Shown piece after piece: positions 37,993 through 49,452 of a stretch of 64,000 bases of DNA (the first letter of the stretch is position 1; the number at the start of each line of letters is the position of its first letter). The stretch comes from Heptranchias perlo. Lineage: Eukaryota. Below the pieces are notes generated by a model. That model saw nothing but the letters and a program-made list of their open reading frames with translations. It was not told the origin of the DNA and made no database searches. A program made the translations under genes and the position numbers. The stretch covers positions 61,628,001 to 61,692,000 of the forward strand of contig NC_090333.1 of assembly GCF_035084215.1 (NCBI RefSeq). The letters run 5' to 3'.

Positions 37993-38349
37993 GATGTTGT
38001 CGGCCTCACTTTAATAATTCCAGCAAGCTCCCAGTCCAAATGGGACCTGGCTGTGAGAGCTCACCGAAGGGGAGAGGAATCCACGTATCTCCAGCCTTCT
38101 TGCTGGAGTTGGTTATCTTCCCTCTCTGGGTGCTCCATAATTATGCCTTTTGCACCACGTATATGCAGGAAACCATGGTGATTCTGGAGAATGTGGCTGG
38201 GCTATTTTGAGGGACGTCCCCTGAGCTTTTTAGGGAACTGAAGCACTGCTTTACATGCCTATAGTTGTGCTCTATGATGCCTCGGGTAGCTGCATGCATT
38301 TCATTGCACCAGTGCTTGGCAGTTGAATGTGGCTGCTGTGGAAGCAGTC

Positions 38350-38545
38350 ATGAATGAGGGCTCCAAACGGTAGCCTTGGTTTCTGACGCTAACCTTGCAC
38401 TTTTCTTTGTGGGTCAAATAATGGAGATACAGTGGATTGCCTTAAATTAAAGTCATTATGGCAGCTACCAGGATAGCAGATAGCAACCTGCTACAATGTT
38501 TGTGCTGAGGGTCACATACGAGCTGCACAATGATGGAAGGGCAGT
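38350..38545 (+). pseudogene. Very degenerate Myb/SANT-like exon remnant
   Basis: Pieces FSDANLALF and *QQIATCYNVCAEGHIRAAQ*WK resemble the Harbinger Myb domain. Confidence 0.4.
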
Positions 38546-38949
38546 AATTTCCATTCATGAATGCACAACTATTGTGTGCAGGAGCACATAGCGTCACATT
38601 GACTCCATCAATGACACCCTGGGCTTTGGGGAATCTTGCTAATTAGAAGTGCAATGCCCTCTCATGCTGTTGCCCGTTGACCATGGGGAAAGTGCTGGCA
38701 AACAATGCAAACTATACATGTGTGCACTACAGATTGGCTGATGTTGTTGGCGTCTCTCTGTGGCAGCCTGGGATGAGCCTGAGGCATAAAAGGTCAGGGG
38801 GTAAAGTGACTGCAGAAGCCGCTGGCAGTGCAGTGCCCATGGTGAAGTTTGGCTAAAGGTCCGATTCCAGCATGCCACGTACATCTGTTACTTTCCCCCT
38901 GGTGAATCTTAGTCTATGAAGAAAGATTTCCTCAGAGAAATCAAAGTAA

Positions 38950-39330
38950 AGAAAGAGAGAAAGCACCGGCATTTATATACCACCTTTCACGACCTCAGGG
39001 CGCCCCAGAGTGCATTACAGCCAATGAAGTGCTTTTGAAGTGTAGTCGCTGTTGTAATGTAGGAAACGTGGCAGCTTGGGATGTGGATCCTGAGTTGTTG
39101 AGTACATTCGAGGCTGAGATCGATAGATTTTTGGAGTCTAAGGGAATCAGGGAGATGGGGATCGGGCGGGATAGTGGAGTTGAGGTCGAAGATCAGCCAT
39201 GATCCTATTGAATGGCGGAGTAGGCTCGAGGGGCCGAATGGCCTACTCCTGCTCCTAGTTCTTATGTCCTTATGTTCAAATCATGCACAGCAAGGTCCCT
39301 CAAGCAGCAATGTGATAATGACCAGATAAG
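38950..39330 (-). mobile_element. DeuSINE-like SINE 3' half interrupted by a plus-strand CR1 tail (about 39085-39277)
   Basis: SINE tail atttatataccacctttcacgacctcaggg...gtaggaaacgtggcagc resumes at aaatcatgcacagcaaggtccc. The intervening gatcagccatgat...cctactcctgctcctagttcttatg is CR1. Confidence 0.8.
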
Positions 39331-39984
39331 CCATCCCCACAGACTCATTGGTTAGTTGGTAACTTCAGAGAAAACCAGACGTCCTCGCACTTTTCATTAA
39401 AAAAGGAATTTCACCCCAAAATCTTAACGTGGTCAAATTCAGCCATTTTCTCCCCTCCAGATGTGCAGCTTGGAGTTTAAACATTTCAGACTAACCCAAA
39501 CTTTTTACTTGAAAGATAAATCTGCCATCAGAAATGACGACACCAGAGCGCGATGGGAAATTGAATGCAGAGTGATACATCATAGCCTGTAAAGGTAGAT
39601 CACTAGTACAGTATTAACAGCAATCTAGCCCAGGTCTGAGCATCACTCAATTCTCCTGCTTTTACTGGAGCCAGTTGTCAGAATTTGACAGATGTGCTTG
39701 AGTGTAGTTAAAGGGACATTGCAATCCAGTTGGGAAGGTGAGAAATTGTGATGTAGGGGAGAAGGGGAGAGTTCCGCAGAGAAGAACTAAAGTAAAATAG
39801 TTGAAAGAAAAACGGAGAACAAAACAAGAGAGCAAAGCGACCAGAAAAGCATTTGCAAAACACCTGAGAGAGAGGCATTATACATTGTTACATTATATTA
39901 GGTATTTCACAAAGGCTTCATTATGTGCTGGTCCCAGTCCAGTTTATCTTATCTGCTTGTTTAAATGCAAATTCAGATGTACGC

Positions 39985-40792
39985 ACAGCAGCTCCGATAT
40001 TTACGGGGTGTCAGGGAGGGAGCTGCGGGGACTTGTAGTGGCTGGGAAACCTGGAAGTACGGGGAACGCGGAAGTCCTGCCGAATTTAACAGCATTTGAA
40101 TTTTTTTTTTCTCTATTTGCTGGCCGGCAGCCAGACATATTGAGAGGCTGGCTGGCTGTCGGGTGGGAAGGCCTGCGCTGGAAGGCTGCTGTGGGGAGCG
40201 GAGAGGAGGGAGGGAGAGATCACGGGGTGGGGGGGAATCGGGGGTCAGCCTGGAGATTGGGTGTTGGCCTGGCGATCGGGGGTCGGCCTGGGGATCGGGG
40301 CTCGGCCTGGAGATTGGGGGTCGGGATCGGGGTGGGGGCGGCCTGGGGATCGGGGATTGGCTTGGAGATTGGGGTGGGAAGGGGTTGGCGGATCATGGGG
40401 AAGGAGGCCGATCATGGCTTGGGGGGCTGGGGTGAAGCACTCTTGCTCCTCCTGGTCTACAAGCAGTACTATAAAAACCACTTACTTGCTGGATCTTGCC
40501 GTTCTCACCTCCCTTCAGCAGCTTGGTTTTCCGAGTCCTGGGAAACCCGGCCTGGAGCCGTTAAATCTAAATGTCCGCTAAAATCTGAGGCACGCAGCTG
40601 CATTAGCTTATTTAAATTACTGACCCGCCTCTCGAGAGTGGGTTACTGGCCCACTCCCCCAACCCGTCGCGGTTAAACCAGAAGTAGGCGTGTTCATGGC
40701 AGGTTGGGATCTGGTTTCCCATTTTCAAGAATTGAATCCCCCCCCCGCACCCAACCCTCTCCCACCCGTCCTGGGGGTTTCAAACTCCCCCC
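39985..40792. mobile_element. Non-autonomous Harbinger derivative with internal G-rich degenerate repeats; left end not found
   Basis: Right end cccaaccctctcccacccgtcctgggggtttcaaactcccccc resembles the element 2/3 terminus. About 20-bp ggggatcgggggtcggcct repeats at 40190-40430. Confidence 0.6.
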
Positions 40793-41150
40793 AGTATTTC
40801 AGTTCAAGGTATTTACATTTAAGACATTTCCCTTGTGTTAGTTTAAGTTGTTGATGAGCTGGTTACCACCTCACTCTTTTTTGGATGCAACAACTGTTTG
40901 TGTTGGTCATCGGCTCAGACACTTTCTCAGGCTTGCTGTGCACAGTGATATCAATTGGCTGATATTTAAATAACAATCCATGATTAAATTAAACATATGA
41001 AGGCAGCTCATTCTGTAACGTTCCACACTCCAGAACTCCGAGCAGTTCGAGTGAATGCCAAAGTCAACTGAGGCCTATCTGTGGGAAAACACAAAGAATG
41101 TTGAGCCATGGGAGCCAAGTGCTGTCTGAGAGCACGTGGTCCATGTACCT

Positions 41151-41273
41151 GTGATATTGGATCTGCCGCCCATTATACACCTCTCCTGATTTTCATCGAA
41201 TGAGAGGTGTACAACGGGCGGCAGATCCACTATTGCCCGTTTTACACTTTTGTCCAAAATCAAAATCACCCCC
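41151..41273. mobile_element. Half-MITE with 27-bp-arm palindrome
   Basis: ggatctgccgcccattatacacctctc ... gagaggtgtacaacgggcggcagatcc (25/27 paired). Terminus caaaatcacccc. Confidence 0.6.
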
Positions 41274-41350
41274 ATTGAGTGCAACATCTGGAATGGAAGC
41301 TAAGATAGGACAACAGTGTGTTTAATGATGCTGACAGAAACGTTACCAAC

Positions 41351-41581
41351 CTTTCCTGTTCATGCCCATTTGCAAGCACTTCATCAGCCGGCAGTACTGG
41401 CACTGGTTACGCTGCTTTCGTGACATGGTGCAGTTCTTGTTCCGAATGCATCTGTAAATCCGTTTATTAAATATGCTACGCTTGAAGAATCCTTTGCACC
41501 CTTCACAGGAGGTAATTCCGTAATGTAATCCTGTAGCTCTGTCACCACAGATTAGGCAGACTCGTCTGTCTGAGCGATCGT
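41351..41581 (-). CDS. nr6a1: Nuclear receptor NR6A (GCNF/NR6A1-like) DNA-binding-domain exon, two C4 zinc fingers
   Basis: Translates [76 protein letters not shown]. Acceptor tttttgtttatcag at 41582+, donor AAAG|gttggt at 41350. 231 bp, phase 1-1. The symbol is the nearest family member; orthologue versus paralogue is unresolved. Confidence 0.93.
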
Positions 41582-41845
41582 CTGATAAACAAAAAAATAT
41601 ATTCATTGTTACAATGAATTAAATTGTTTTGATTTGATGATGGATGAGGAAGACAATAGAAATGTGATGTAATCTGCTATTTATTATTGCATATTCGTCC
41701 ACATCTGTTAGAGTTTACCCTTCCAGTAATCAGTTTCAGTTATACTCTCCTCTGCACAGTGTATATAAACATTAGATATCTAACATGTCCAGTTCAAATA
41801 GTTTTTCAAGGACATTTTCCTCCTTCATTTCTGCTATCAACTAGA

Positions 41846-42265
41846 AAGAAAGAAAGACTTGCATTTATATAGCACCTACCATGACATCGCAAAGTGCTTT
41901 ACAGTCAATTAAATCATTTGGAAGTGTAGTGACTGTTATGACGTAGACAACACGGCAGCCACTTTTGTGCAGAGCAAAGTCCCACAAACAGCAATGAGAT
42001 GATGACCAGATGATCTGTTTTAGTGATTTTGGTTGAGGGATAAATATTGGCCAGGACATTGGAGAGAACACCCCTGCTCTTATTTAAAATAGTGCCATGG
42101 GATCTTTTACGTCCACCTGACAGGGCAGACGGGGCCTTGATTTAACGTCTCATCTAAAAGCATAGGCCAACTAAATTAAAGAAGAAAAAAAGACTTGCAT
42201 TTATATGGCGCCTTTCATGACCTCAGGGTGTCCCAAAGCGCTTTATAGCCAATTAAGTACTTTTG
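41846..42265 (-). mobile_element. DeuSINE/SacSINE1-like SINE (41846-42160) plus a second tail fragment (42185-42265)
   Basis: Reverse complement of the SINE body seen at 61657-62118. Confidence 0.85.
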
Positions 42266-42670
42266 ATCACACATCAAATTTGCCACAGATCGAAGACCGA
42301 AGCCATATGGCTAAGATACTGTGTCCTTATCTCTAAGCCATTGATGGAGCCACTCAGATTAAGTTTTTAAGCCAAATCTAGTGACTCTCATTTCAAATGA
42401 AGGAAAGTTGATGGGCATGATTTTAAAATAGCGGCGGGAAGTCAGCGGGGGGGCCGGGGGGAGGGGGAGGGTGAGTAGTCGCGTGGGAAACCCAGGAAAC
42501 TTTTCTGTGTGTCGGCTCGAGCGATCGCGACTAAACTGAAGGCCTTTAATTTTATTTCCGGGTTTCACGCAGCGGGCGTACTGCGCGCCCGAGTGATGTC
42601 CTGGGAACTGGAGTATTTAAAAGGCCATTGCAGCCATGGATTTTGAAGGAGAAAGGAAGAAACTTCAAAA

Positions 42671-44505
42671 ATGCAGCATCACAGGTCCAAGGCAGCACCC
42701 CGTTTCAGCGACTCCTCCCTTGAGTTGCTACTGGCTGGTGTCAGGAGCAGGAGGGAGATACTGTACCCGGCTGACCAGAGGAAGCGCTCTGCTTTTGCCA
42801 CGAAGAAGGCGTGGCTGGAAGTGGCAGAGGAGATCAGCAGCAGGAACACAGTGGCATGGTCATGGACATAATGCAGGAAGCGCTTTAATGACCTAACCAG
42901 GTCAGGAAAAGTGAATACAGTTACTGATTCACCTACATCCTGTGGTGTACAACACCAAATACTGCCACCCCCCCAACACACAATTTGTCTTGTCAAGCTT
43001 ACTCCATCATATCACTCCTCACAACCACTTAAGTCTCATCATCAATTTACCTTCACTGCCCATGCACTTCCTCACCCCCCATTTACGTACCCACCACTCC
43101 CACTCACCCCAATTCTGATACAGTGTGATGAATCTGTCTGATAGTCACCCTCTGATGCATCTCTTTCATTGCAGCCTCATTCAAAGCATCCATTGGGTGA
43201 CCCTGTCACCCTCAGTCACTTACACTTCTGTTCTTTCCCCCGTTGTAGAAGAAGACAGTACAAAATGCATGGGAGAGGAGTAGGACTGAAGGGGGCAACC
43301 ACAAATAGTTACCCCCCGACAGAGACAGAGGAGGAGGCGATGGACATCAGCCACACAGTTGAAGGCCTGGCCGTCGGAGATGGAGAGACTGGCAACTCGC
43401 AAATGGCTGGTGACAGAACTTTAACATCCTTCACACACATCATGAATTGATGTTGTCAATGATTGACCTGTTGCACACCTCAATATGCTCATTGCAAACT
43501 AACTTCTATGATGATTTTTTAATATTACTTTATGTTCTCTTCCAGGGCCTTCAAGAATTGATGACGAGGCAGGCGCCATGGAAGAGGGCGATTCCTCAGA
43601 GGAGCTCCATTCCTCTGAGGGCGCATCGTCCCATCATATCCAGCCATGCACCAGCACAGATGCTCACACTTCGGTGGGTCCTGTTAGGCAGATAGTTGGG
43701 TTGTCACCTGGTGATTCAACACTCACAAGTAAGCACAAGCAGACACTGGTGGCAGGGGAAGCTGTGGGGAGTCCAGGTTGGGGGGCACACTCCTCTCCAA
43801 GCTTTGCTCAGTTGTGTCAGATGCTGAACCCAGGGGGATATCACTGAGAGTGAGAATGATCAAGGTACAGATGCACCTTTGCGAGGTAATGGCAAAGGTG
43901 TCACACACTCTCCACAATAGCGAGAGGATGGAGGAGTTCGACTCCATCGCTAGTGGATTGGTGGTGCAGGTAAGTGCGGGAATGTCTGTGATGGAGAGAG
44001 TAGCAGCCTCCATTGAGCTTCAAGCACGGCTCTCCAATGAGTCTATTCAGGCCATTACAACGGACGTGTGGAGTCAGGATGTCAGCATGTTTGCCATCTT
44101 AAACAGGCAGACAGAAACTTCATCCGTGGCCTTAGAAAGCGCCATATCTCCTCACCAGCCTGCAGTCCAGCAGAGTGGTGGGAGTGATATTGCACGGGCC
44201 CTGGAGGGGGATGATGGCAAAAGGTGACATGGAAGTGGGGACTCCATTCAAAGCAGTTCTCCCCGCCCCCACAACCAGTACCCATAATGCTGCCTCCTCT
44301 CCCGATGGCTGAGTCTGCCCCTGCACAGGCGCAGGTGGAGCAGTCTTTGGTGAGGCCCTCATGGGCTCCAAAACCCAGAGGTTATAGGCCGAGAGCATCT
44401 CAGCAGTCGGGGCAGGGACCTGAGCAACCTGCCACTACCTCTGCTGAAGCCACAGGGGAGGAACTATGTAGAAGCGCTAGGAAGAGGAAGGCTAAAGTTT
44501 TGTAA
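42671..44505 (+). pseudogene. Harbinger Myb/SANT gene of element 3, exons 42671-42910, 43249-43409, 43546-44505
   Basis: RFSDSSLELLLAGVRSRREILY...KKAWLEVAEEISSRNTVAWSWT*CRKRFNDLTRSGK|gtgaat. One in-frame stop and frameshifts. Basic C-terminus RKRKAKVL. Confidence 0.88.
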
Positions 44506-44828
44506 TCACCGAGGGTATGCACAAGGGTGTCTGTCACAATGTCATGTTTTTCATTTATATTTGGTTTTTATTAAATGCACGTTAAATGTTATGATTCTCA
44601 CCACCATTGCCATGTCTAGTCCATTCTTGAGTCCCTTTTGTGAAAGCGCGCTTTCATGTGCTTCATCATGAACGCCAAGACTTGATGCCACCCATTGGGC
44701 GTGTTTACAGTGGGTGAATACGTGGTTGAAGGACTGTTTTGTGCAAGCGGAGTGGGGGGGAGTGGGGGTCGGTGTTGGTGGTTGTTCCAGCGATCTGAGT
44801 AGTTCACTATCTTCAGTTTGCAGATCTC

Positions 44829-45290
44829 ATTATGAGAACCTGTTCGATTCGAGTGACTCCCCGGCATCTCGAGCAGGCGCTGCTCTGGTGATGGGTGCCC
44901 ATCTTCATCCTTCTCCTTCTCGTCCTCATCGTCTTCTTCAATGTTGCCGGCAGATGAGAATGCTTCATGAGCGCGTGCGTGGCTCCCAGGCCCAGCCGGA
45001 AGCAGTCCTGCATGAAGGAGCGCGTCTGCGACCACCTGTCGACTCAATCTGAACCTGTGTAGACACTGCTTCTCGGAGAGGTCCAGGAAGCTCAGCCTCT
45101 GCCTGTACACCCTCTCATGTGGGTAGTGCCTCCTGCTACCTCAGCCCCTCCATTCTTCCTCTGTCTGCTCTTCTGCAGGTCTTTGTGCTGCACCTCTGAC
45201 TTGTGGAGCTGTAACTCCCAGAACTGCATGTTGTGCCTGCTATGGATGGTGATGTTCCTCCTCCTCAGATGTACTGCCGAATTTACCATT
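44829..45290 (-). pseudogene. Internally deleted transposase of element 3 (N-terminus fused to acidic C-terminus)
   Basis: RLSFLDLSEKQCLHRFRLSRQVVAD...PAGPGSHA joined directly to RAHEAFSSAGNIEEDDEDE. Confidence 0.88.
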
Positions 45291-46384
45291 GTACCCCCCA
45301 ACCTGATGGTGTCAGTTTGAGGGCGTCCAAAATGTTGGTAAATTTGTCTGAACGCAAGAATTCTGAGCATGAACAAGGAAATCTCAGTCTAAACACAGAG
45401 AACTCCCAGCTAAAGGTTTGTGTGAGAGAACTGATTGCCCTGCTGCAAAAACTCACCTTTTATTCACGTGTCAATCACTGGTTTAAAGGCCCAAATGAGG
45501 GTCGGCTGCATCTCACCTCCGTTTCCATGGCGTGTTTCAGAGGCCACGGGAGACACGTTCAGGGAAAGTTAAAATCGTTTGTGTAATTTGGTTTAAATGC
45601 CTAAATTGGCCTTTTAAACATCGTCCCGCCGGCTTTAAGTGCCGGTGGGACTTACAGGTAGGTCAAACCCTGAAGTGGTTGGTGCCAGGATGCGGCCCTG
45701 CTCTGATTTCTTATAATTTTCACTGCCTACCCGCCCCCAACCCACCTGTTCTTGGGAGTTAAAATTAGCCCTGTTAAGTCTGTATAATACTCATCACTTA
45801 TGGTTTCTACCTCAACATAGAAACTGTGTAGAAACACACCTTCATTTATCACACACTTTTTCATGGTTCCCAAAGACAGTCTCTAGAGTTTTTATTTAGG
45901 TGGCTCAACTTGTTTTGCTGGAGAAAAGCATTCAAGTTAATCTGAGTTCCACATATTTAAATCTCATATATCTGAAAATAAAATGAGTTGATGTGTGAGT
46001 AGGGAGAACCTCAAATACCCACCAGGGAACTTGGATGTTAACCACCTCAGTAAACCTTCTCCTACTCCACCCTCCCCTGGGAAAAAAATATTTCACATTT
46101 TAATTGCTGAAAATGTGGAAATCTGCAGCAGGGGATGAGTTGAATGAACTTTGATCGTCCCTATTTTCTGATGTGCTTGTTAATTTAGGCAAAGTTATTA
46201 AATATTGGTGGAAACTTTCAAAGGACACATCTGGAGGAAGCACAAGATTTAATCAAGTGATGACTTCTCCCTCAACCTCGAACAGGAAGCACCACGAACC
46301 AGCAACAGTCCAATGCCTCAAACTACAAGTAGGACAATCTGGAAACTCTTGCTGCTCTGGTGGAGTGGAAATCTAACAATATCA

Positions 46385-46775
46385 TTACATGCAAGACTGC
46401 CAGAAGTATTTCATTTCACAGAGAGTTCTCCACCTCTGGAATAAGTTGCCAGTGCATTCAGTGAGTGTCGGCTCACTCCAGGCCTTCAAAAGGGAGCAGG
46501 ATGAGTTTCTGCAAGTAGAAGTCATCTTGAGCAATAGAAGGTAGCTGGGACTAGTGATATCAGTCACCATGGTATCTTGGAGTTTGCTTGATTTGCTTTG
46601 GGGAGTCTTAGTTCATCGCTAAATTGGCCGAATGTTTTTTCTGGGTTTTATTTGCCTCTCCCAGGAGAGTTCATGAGTGCGTGATGGAAGGTGGGACGTG
46701 TGTGTGGGTTGCACCACGTCCGGACAGGAGAGTCTTGATGGAACAAGTTATCTTCTGCTGTCCTTTTTCGAATGT
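46385..46775 (+). mobile_element. Old CR1 3' fragment
   Basis: tatttcatttcacagagagttctccacctctggaataagttgcca (F.QRVLHLWNKLP). Confidence 0.6.
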
Positions 46776-47998
46776 CGAGTCTACTAAGACCCTTAGCTCT
46801 CCTTAGCTATTTCAACACCATTCATGGTGAATATGTGTCATCTATTTTCCCTTTTTATGTGCAATACCTTGTACTTGTCTGCATTAAATTTCATCTGCCA
46901 TTTTTCTGCCCACTTAGATATTTTGTCCAACTCATTCTGTAATTTCCGTGCTGCCTCCCCTGAGCCCACTGCTCCTCCTAGTTTTATGCCATCTGCACAT
47001 TTGACCCATTTGAATTTTTGAATCCAATCATTGATGTTAATTAGAAACAGTCCCAATAGTGAGCCCTGGTCTACCCCACTTAGAACCTCCCTCTGTCCCA
47101 ACATAACCCTTCGAACAAGTGCACGCTGTTTTCGACCCTTCAGCCAAGTTTTGCTCTGAATCCCCACAGTTTTGAGCTCGACTAATAGCCTTTCATGTGG
47201 AACTTTGTCAAATCCTTTTAGAAGTCTAGGTGCAACACATTGTAAGGCTCGCTGCAGAGACAGCGTAGTATGGCACTTCCTCAAAGAAGTCAAGGAAGTT
47301 GGTCAGGCAGAATCTTCCCATTCTGAACCCGTGTTGATAATCCTCAAATTTGTTCTTGATAATCAGTTCCATATGGAATTGAAGTAAGACTAATGGGCAT
47401 GTAATTGCCTGTCTTGTCACCCTTTTTGAATATAGGCACCACGTTGGACTATATCCAATCTACAGGCACCTCTCAAGTATCAAATGACTCCCTCATAATG
47501 ATTGTTAGTGCCTTGGAAATCTCATCCCTAGTTTCTCTTAGCATTCTGGGATAAATAGCATCCAGCTCAGGGAGTTTATTGGTTTTCAGCCCCTTTCAGC
47601 TGCCTAGGACTTCCATCTCATCCATGCCAAAGTCATTAATTTTTCCTATTTTATTTATGTTTGGGGAGGGCATGGTGCTCATATTTTCATTTGTGAATAC
47701 CTGGAGGAAGCAATCACTCTGAATATTTACTATCTAATTCTGATGTTCTGTTCCTAGCTGGTTAGCATCTTTTATGGCTCTCACCTCTTCACTGACTGTT
47801 GAAGTACTGAAAGTATTTCTTATTGTTATATTTTGCTTCCACAGCTGTGTGTTTTTTTCTAGGTCTCTCTTTACCTCACTGATCACCCTTTTAACATTTT
47901 GCTGCATAGTCTTACATTCATCCTAGTGAGCCCTGTCCTCTTTCTCCTGAGAGGATTTGCAAAGGTCCATCTTTCCTCTTGATTTCACTTTTAAACAT

Positions 47999-48090
47999 AT
48001 TGTAAACAATTTTACAACACCAAGTTATAGTCCAACGATTTTTATTTGAAATCTACAAGCTTTCGGAGGTTTCCTCCTTCCTCAGGTAAA
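47999..48090. mobile_element. Short Penelope-like terminal fragment, followed by a minus-strand CR1 tail (48090-48225)
   Basis: attgtaaacaattttacaacaccaagttatagtcc...aagctttcggaggtttcctccttcctcagg resembles Penelope termini as recalled. Not verified. Confidence 0.45.
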
Positions 48091-48388
48091 CATAGAAAAC
48101 GTAGAAAATGGGAGCAGGAGTAGGCCATTCGGCCCTTCGAGACTGCTCCGCCATTCAATATGATCATGGCTGATCCTCTATCTCAATACCATATTCCCGC
48201 TCTCTCCCCATACCCCTTGCTGCCTTTAATAGGAAACATAGGAAACTTTTGATTGTTTGTTAATCCATTTAGGGTCATGCTTGTTTAGTCTGAGATTGCC
48301 GATTCCAGGTATGTACTTATTGTCCTTTAAAGGTGTTCCATTTGTTCTCTACTGAACTCCCCCAATCTGTTTGCTTGAGTTGATCCAT

Positions 48389-49452
48389 GGGGCTCAATTT
48401 TGAAATGGTGGCAGGTTGGCAGTAAGGGGAGGGGGTAGTGGTGACAAACCTGAATAAAAAAAACTTACCTTTTCTGATGTGATCACGATGTAATTGATGG
48501 TGATTAAAGTTGTTTCTGGGTTTTGCATCCGGCAGTCAGCCGCTGGAGCGGTGGGGGGGGCGGGGGAAGAGGGGGAGATCGGGGAGGAGGGGGAGATTGG
48601 AGGGGGAGAGGGGAAGATCGGGGGGAGAGTGGAAGATCGGAGGGGGGGAGAGGGGTAGATCGGAGAGGGACATCGTTTGGGGGGGAGACGGGGAGATTGG
48701 AGAGGGACATCGGGGTGGGGAGAGGGACATTGGAGAGGGAGACATCGGGGGGAGAGGGGGACATCGGAGAAGGAGACATCGGGGGGAGAGGGGGACATCG
48801 GGGGGAGAGGGGGACATCGGAGAAGGAGACATCGGGGGGAGAGGGGGACATCGGAGAAGGAGACATCGGGGGGGAGGGGGACATCGGAGAAGGAGACATC
48901 GGGGGGGAGGGGGACATCGGAGAAGGAGACATCGGGGGGGAGGGGGACATCGGAGAAGGAGACATCGGGAGGGAGGGGGACATCGGAGAAGGAGACATCG
49001 GGGGGGAGGGGGACATCGGAGAAGGAGACATCGGGGGGGGAGGGGGACATCGTAGTGGGAGACATCGGACATCGGAGCAGGGTGGAAAGGCAGTTTATTT
49101 TGTTTTTTAACTTTGTGCAATGGTTTTTTATTTAATTTATTTTGTTTATTTTTGCCTGATCCGGCTCTTCGTGCCTGGTTTCACCAGGTGTGAATCGGAA
49201 GCCGTGGGAAAACCACCCAGGTAAGTTTAAAATCATTTTAACTATCGACCACGTCAGAAAATGAGGTACTTTATCATCCCGCCGGCTTTAATTGCTGGCG
49301 GGGCTTCCATGTTCCTGAAGCGCGCACAAACAGGCATGTTTGTGGCAACCCTGGAAGTCGACGGGTTGGAGCCGGCTTCCGAACCCGCTCGGGATTTTCG
49401 CAGCCCCCGCGCCCCCAACGCACCCGCAATTTGATTTTAAAATTGAACCCCT
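48389..49452. mobile_element. Harbinger-type MITE containing a GA-rich minisatellite
   Basis: TIR ggggctcaattttgaaat versus reverse complement ggggttcaattttaaaat. CAT on both flanks (48386-48388, 49453-49455, allowing a 1-nt offset). Confidence 0.78.
48550..49075 (+). repeat. About 30-bp purine-rich tandem repeat (ggggggagggggacatcggagaaggagacatc), built from two ~15-bp subunits
   Basis: Direct reading. Most homogeneous at about 48740-49050. Confidence 0.92.

Larger units (their letters stand above)
42413..45772. mobile_element. PIF/Harbinger element 3; same family as element 2, inverted, transposase internally deleted
   Basis: Right end reverse complement agggctaattttaactcccaagaacaggtgggttggggg matches the element 2 left end. 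Left end gggcatgattttaaa. Flanks GAT / GTT (2/3). Confidence 0.9.

Noticed and set aside
39801-40676. 291-aa Gly-rich ORF
   Set aside because: No ATG start. It crosses a unique-sequence/MITE boundary and is open because of low-complexity G-rich repeats.
43778-43860. Apparent shared or programmed frameshift in Myb exon 3 (both copies end QMLNPGG)
   Set aside because: The causal indels lie at different positions in elements 2 and 3, so they are independent decay events.
48394-49135. Six overlapping Gly/Pro-rich ORFs (collagen- or extensin-like)
   Set aside because: Translations of the GA-rich minisatellite within a MITE.
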